Assembly (NCBI GenBank): GCA_021792095.1
Contig: JAJYVH010000001.1
Span: 445,324-509,323, forward strand
DNA: 64,000 bases
DNA from: Candidatus Micrarchaeota archaeon
GTDB taxonomy: Archaea; Micrarchaeota; Micrarchaeia; Micrarchaeales; CABMGC01
Direction: 5' to 3'
Both the position numbers and the translations under genes were made by a program. Below the pieces are notes generated by a model. The model was not told the origin of the DNA. It searched no databases and worked only from the letters and a program-made list of their open reading frames with translations. Shown in pieces: positions 61,401-64,000 of the stretch (position 1 is the stretch's first letter; every line of letters starts with the position of its first letter).

Positions 61401-61838
61401 GTCTACGCATACCGTGCCGAACGAGTTCTGTATGTACAAGGTGCCGTTCGCGACCGGCAGGCTGTAGTAGAAGCTGTTGGCCTGCAGGTATGACGGGTTG
61501 GAAGCCACCTGCTGCACGCCGCTGTAAGCTATTGCCTGTATGCTCTGCGTGCCCACGCTCGAATTGATGAGCACCGCCCCGTTCTTGCCTATGAGGAGCT
61601 GGTAGCTCAGTGCGCCCACCTGGCTGGATATCGGTATGCTCGCGGTATAGCCGTTGCCAGCCTGCATCGCCAGGCTTAGCTGGCTCGCTATGTTCTGCGC
61701 TGCAAGCTGCTCCTGGCCGAAGAGCTGGTTGCCAAGCGTCTGCGCCCTCTGGCTCGCTATCAGGGAGAAGAGGAAGAGGAAGACTACGAGTACGAAAGCG
61801 AATATTATCATGTACTCCAGTGCTATCTGGAGCCTCAT
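58461..61838 (-). CDS. giant pilin-like surface protein with class III signal peptide and at least four LamG-type modules
   Basis: 1125 aa with N-terminus MRLQIALEYMIIFAFVLVVFLFLF. Junctions are NLTGWWPLNGNANDYSGNGNNG, NLTGWYPLNFGQGNTTQDLSGNNN (degenerate), NIIGWWPLNGNANDYSGMGNNG and GLVGWWPLNGNANDYSGMGNNG. Each is preceded by a VQ(I/F/L)Y.(T/A)AL(S/T)..Q(I/V)..LY motif. Confidence 0.75.
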   Translation of the reverse strand: MRLQIALEYMIIFAFVLVVFLFLFSLIASQRAQTLGNQLFGQEQLAAQNIASQLSLAMQAGNGYTASIPISSQVGALSYQLLIGKNGAVLINSSVGTQSIQAIAYSGVQQVASNPSYLQANSFYYSLPVANGTLYIQNSFGTVCVDYLCPNTSSIPSNISLSSETAHAALFNGQTSAVQALNTIALAGPNVTNQVTVSAWINLPAFPGNEIVCDNGTGRFQLAAYYQGTGYYAGASPFGPWITDKSKKMYTNTWYMLSATSIYNPSAHTATSVLYINGQIVNSSTLGNAGPIWPRHVSIGTLRPGYGYWTQGEIANVQIYETALSSNQISALYNEGISGAPVNQQNLTGWWPLNGNANDYSGNGNNGVVTGPLLFPSVSELFAKVTNQAGAAVANTLVGFTTTLGSFIGNNAVANNYTNSNGIAIAFLNQQGNNGQALVKATAYNGNSSLAANLTGWYPLNFGQGNTTQDLSGNNNAYTGGDNRLFYGYWNVPNYVASFWGPSQPQIALNPFGTTQCSFTSSAWVKERNTPPAQGRVFVFIEYNAGGTQVWDQVNINDTGLQLALFNNSRGESSVKIPLTSSPKNKWTFIVTGSNSTNSFAYVDGVQVYSGNSVGCIKTNVGQGLGGPGTSTSWYNGSMANVQFYNAALTPSQIWTLYQNGTGAAPILPGNIIGWWPLNGNANDYSGMGNNGTIYGNLTFTKSATATNLNGNTTSLLAGSFNGVSSDINIGNPPTLAVNTITVIGWIYQKGNTATCQDAMAQYGGGSNGWIIRTVEGPGCGGTYNYDTYVNVGGSWYDCNNGPIPRNTWVQVGLTYDGSTLKGYTNGQQTCSYEIAGTLAINGATTIGSYGGPGEYFNGSISNVQIYHTALTDGQVQRLYQEGVAGIPLSTAGLVGWWPLNGNANDYSGMGNNGTATNVVYASQRVAPPLSQSTFGGAGVTFGHPLLIGEQANKLGQKLTISAWYYVSSIAGEEDVVRNCCSVLTSPANNCAYSFSITNEPSTPSYAGLHWETGYIAGTDGWASVNNAVPLDQWVYVVITYNRTNGNSIAYVNGKMAGTATSTVGGTVPTSLGYTIGRNCGPSILGSVADVQLYNTTLTASQVQQLYNAQTPPSAEITIPLSWLP
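59098..59213 (-). repeat. 116-nt block, 114/116 identical to 52663-52778
   Basis: See the partner repeat. Flanking sequence diverges immediately on both sides. Confidence 0.85.
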
Positions 61839-61953
61839 CCGTACACCGTGCAGTGCAAATGGCGCATGCTGCTATCCTCTCAAACAAATATTATATGTCT
61901 AATGGAAGCAGGCATATTTATAGCGCGCAGTCCGTCCCTGTGCCGTCTGTGAT

Positions 61954-62445
61954 CTAGACCCTTGAGGACATGTAGACGCATGCCACCGAAGGCTTGCTGG
62001 GGCACGAGGAAGTGGCCGTGACGTTTACCAGGTACGTGCCAGTCGCAGTTATCCCGCCAAGCTGGCCGCTCACGTTCGCTGGCGTGTAGGCGGTGACGTA
62101 GCTCAGCCCCGTCGGCGAGCTTATAACTATTATTATCTCGTGGCCCACGCTGTTGTTCATGTTGCCCACGTAGACGAACCTGACCCCGCTCGGCATCTGT
62201 ATCTGCGCCACCTGCCTGGACGGCGGCCCCTCGCTGCCTATCATAGTGGCAACGCTGGACAGCTTGTTGGCTGCCTGCTGCGCCTCCACAGAGGTGAGGC
62301 TCGTGCTCGCGCTAGCGAGCTGTATGAACGCAAGCACCACGAGCGGCAGCAGTATGGCCAGGCCGAAGGCTAGCGTGACCAGCAGCTCGAAGCTCGACTG
62401 CGCGGCTACGCGCCTACTGCTCTTCGCCATAGTACCTGTCCGCAC
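61954..62445 (-). CDS. small pilin-like protein (class III signal peptide), first gene of the pilin operon
   Basis: 163 aa. The likely start at ATG 62430 gives MAKSSRRVAAQ/SSFELLVTLAFGLAILLPLVVLAFI. It overlaps the 3' end of the CBS gene. Confidence 0.65.
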   Translation of the reverse strand: MRTGTMAKSSRRVAAQSSFELLVTLAFGLAILLPLVVLAFIQLASASTSLTSVEAQQAANKLSSVATMIGSEGPPSRQVAQIQMPSGVRFVYVGNMNNSVGHEIIIVISSPTGLSYVTAYTPANVSGQLGGITATGTYLVNVTATSSCPSKPSVACVYMSSRV

Positions 62446-63568
62446 CCCTCTTGTTGCTTATAAACTCCTCCTTTCGTTCCCTTACCCTGTCGTATATGCT
62501 CTCGATCAGCGACGACACCACGCTCTCCACGCTGTAGCCGTAGGCGTGCGCGAACACGGTGCCCCTCTGCTTCAGCGAGAGCCTCGCGTGCGCCTCGTAG
62601 TTCCGCTCCCTGTGCCTCCTTATGTTCAGCGATACGTAATCGGCCTGCAGGCCCTGGAACCTGTCTATCCTTGACACCAGCCTCTCGGCCTCGTTCCTTA
62701 TCTGCTGCTCATAATCCCTTGTGTACTCGTCCAGGCCAGATATGATCACGTTGCTGCGCGCCCTCGCGGTGAGCGCTGCTGCGTTCTCTATTATGTCGCT
62801 CACAGTGACCATGCCCACCGCCCTGTCCGCCTTTGTGACTATGAGGGACGAGATGTGCTTCTCGAGCAGCCTCTTTATCGCCTCCTCGGCCGGCCTGTCG
62901 TGGCTTATAGTGTATGCGGGCGAACGCATTACGCTGCTTACCTGTATGTTTGCCGGCGTGAAGCTGCGGATCTTCCTCTCCGGCATGCGCTCCTCGGGCT
63001 TCGTCAGGTTGTCAGTTATGTCCTGCGATGTCAGTATGCCCGGTGCGGGCCCGTTGTCTATGACGGCGAGCCTGGCTATGTTGCTCTTCGACATGATGCT
63101 TATCGCCTGCGCCAGGTTGGCGCCAGGGGCTATGGAGACGATTGGTGTGGACATAACGTCGGCCACCTTGAGCTTGGAGAGCATGTGCAGCGAGAGTATT
63201 GCGCTGAGCACCACGCCCCGCCTCACCACGCCCGTTATCCTGCCGCCCTGCATGTACGGCAGCACCTTTGCCGAATGCTGGTGGAAATAGGCTATCAGCT
63301 CGCTCAGCGAAGTTTCCGGGCCCAGCGGCGGCAGCTTCCTGGCGAGCTTGCCTACCGGGAAGCTCTTGGAGAACTTCAGGGGCTGGAGGCTCCTGCTCCT
63401 GGACACGCTCCTGTCGTCCACTATGCCATAGTACTGCCTGTCCTTAAGCACGACCACGGCCCCGAGCCTGCGTATCTTGTCGAGCGCCTCGGTGACTGGC
63501 GTCTTGTAATCCATGAAAAAGGTCTCTGACACGAACTCCTTTGGAAGAGATTCGAAGAGTGCTGGCAT
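62414..63568 (-). CDS. four-CBS-domain protein with C-terminal HPF/RaiA-like alpha-beta domain
   Basis: 384 aa with four CBS-like units (e.g. VADVMSTPIVSIAPGANLAQAISIMSKSNIARLAVID; VSSVMRSPAYTISHDRPAEEAIKRLLEKHISSLIVT). The tail is NVIISGLDEYTRDYEQQIRNEAERLVSRI..ADYVSLNIRR...YEAHARLSLKQRGTVFAHAYGYSVESVVSSLIESIYDRV, which resembles the HPF/YfiA fold pattern. The tail assignment is tentative. Confidence 0.65.
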   Translation of the reverse strand: MPALFESLPKEFVSETFFMDYKTPVTEALDKIRRLGAVVVLKDRQYYGIVDDRSVSRSRSLQPLKFSKSFPVGKLARKLPPLGPETSLSELIAYFHQHSAKVLPYMQGGRITGVVRRGVVLSAILSLHMLSKLKVADVMSTPIVSIAPGANLAQAISIMSKSNIARLAVIDNGPAPGILTSQDITDNLTKPEERMPERKIRSFTPANIQVSSVMRSPAYTISHDRPAEEAIKRLLEKHISSLIVTKADRAVGMVTVSDIIENAAALTARARSNVIISGLDEYTRDYEQQIRNEAERLVSRIDRFQGLQADYVSLNIRRHRERNYEAHARLSLKQRGTVFAHAYGYSVESVVSSLIESIYDRVRERKEEFISNKRGADRYYGEEQ

Positions 63569-63610
63569 ATAATCGCATTTTAAATTATGCGCACAGATTA
63601 ATAGATTAGT

Positions 63611-63681
63611 GCCAGGGTGGCAGATCGGCTATGCGGCCGCCTGCAGAGCGGCTTAGAGGGGCTCGACTCCCCTCCCTGGCT
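63611..63681 (+). tRNA. tRNA-Cys (anticodon GCA)
   Basis: A manual cloverleaf gives acceptor GCCAGGG/CCCTGGC with U73 discriminator (the Cys identity element). The D arm is GCAG-ATCGGCT-ATGC, the anticodon arm is GCCGC-CTGCAGA-GCGGC and the T arm is AGGGG-CTCGACT-CCCCT. TTTTAAATTA lies 24 nt upstream. Confidence 0.85.
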
Positions 63682-63704
63682 TGCGTTTGATTCCAGCCGG
63701 GCCG

Positions 63705-64000
63705 CTATCTTACCCTGGTGTAGTTTATCTCGCCGCTGAGCCAGTACTGCGCGTAGTCGGCGAGCGCCGCGTAGATGTCCCTGGACGCGACTGTCTGCGA
63801 GAACGACATGAATTCGCTGTGCGTCAGCCTTACCGCGAACTCCGGCGATATGCTTGTGTTGAAGGTGCCGTTGTAGAAATGCAGCGTGCCCGAGCTCGAG
63901 TTCCAAGTGAGGGTGAGCCTGCCTATGACGCTGCTGTTTGTGCTGTTCCGGTCCGTAACCAGCACGGCCCAGCTGACGTTGGTGGGTATCTTGTACTCGC
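63705..64000 (-). CDS. C-terminal part of a sequon-rich (likely secreted) protein; 5' end outside window
   Basis: The frame is open from the window end to the stop at 63705: ...EYKIPTNVSWAVLVTDRNSTNSSVIGRLTLTWNSSSGTLHFYNGTFNTSISPEF.... The ORF track shows only the Met-initiated 86 aa. Confidence 0.5.
   Translation of the reverse strand, partial: EYKIPTNVSWAVLVTDRNSTNSSVIGRLTLTWNSSSGTLHFYNGTFNTSISPEFAVRLTHSEFMSFSQTVASRDIYAALADYAQYWLSGEINYTRVR

Noticed and set aside
51726-61838. Regularly recurring about 40-nt conserved DNA core separated by variable sequence, superficially CRISPR-like
   Set aside because: The spacing is about 0.6-4.5 kb and irregular, and the repeats lie inside long ORFs and encode a protein motif. 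No cas genes or short uniform spacers are present. No CRISPR array is seen anywhere in the window.
63598-63906. 102-aa minus-strand ORF
   Set aside because: It overlaps the well-formed tRNA-Cys (63611-63681) and the out-of-frame 3' end of the sequon-rich gene. Its composition is Arg/His/Ala noise.

Overview
GC-rich archaeal chromosomal window. Lineage markers are archaeal-type uL16/L10e, eL21, eS6, aIF2-gamma, Rpo4/F, a TBP-like gene, Top6B, Cdc48, Dph2 and archaeal/eukaryal-type GlyRS. AT-rich TATA-like boxes sit about 23-25 nt upstream of several start codons and both tRNAs, and pilins carry class III signal peptides. The exact lineage cannot be determined here; the flavour is DPANN/Micrarchaeota-like or Thermoplasmatota-like. 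All calls rest on motif reading of the ORF track and my own translations; no database search was possible.

Housekeeping genes are interleaved with two large accessory blocks.

(A) A candidate type-IV-secretion/Ced-Ted-like membrane apparatus.
- The main part is a tightly coupled plus-strand operon of about 15 genes (about 16.3-32.0 kb).
- It encodes six tandem paralogous polytopic membrane proteins, two TM-anchored VirB3/VirB4-N-like proteins, a VirB4/TrbE-like ATPase and small accessory genes.
- A second, minimal copy of the same module lies at the left edge (1-3191, minus strand): a VirB2-like protein, one paralog of the membrane family, a VirB4-N-like protein and a VirB4-like ATPase.
- Two more tandem VirB2/TrbC-like small membrane proteins lie at 11.5-12.6 kb.
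- No relaxase, coupling protein or integrase is visible.

(B) An archaeal type IV pilus locus (about 45.9-62.4 kb).
- It has a FlaI/PilB-like ATPase and two TadB/C (T2SS-F) membrane proteins.
- An opposing operon encodes giant pilin-like proteins (886, 726 and 1125 aa) built from repeated LamG-type modules.
- The modules are joined by a conserved WWPLNGNANDYSG junction, and one 116-nt stretch is near-identical between two of the genes.

Other notable items:
- a single-repeat (half-size) TBP
- a solo TnpB element
- two genes (Top6B and one membrane paralog) whose conserved N-termini lack an in-frame canonical start
- a tandem-duplicated P1-stalk-like protein lacking the acidic tail
- tRNA-Gln(CUG) and tRNA-Cys(GCA)
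- an RCK-domain gene trio
- three GT-C-like membrane proteins

No CRISPR array and no rRNA were seen.
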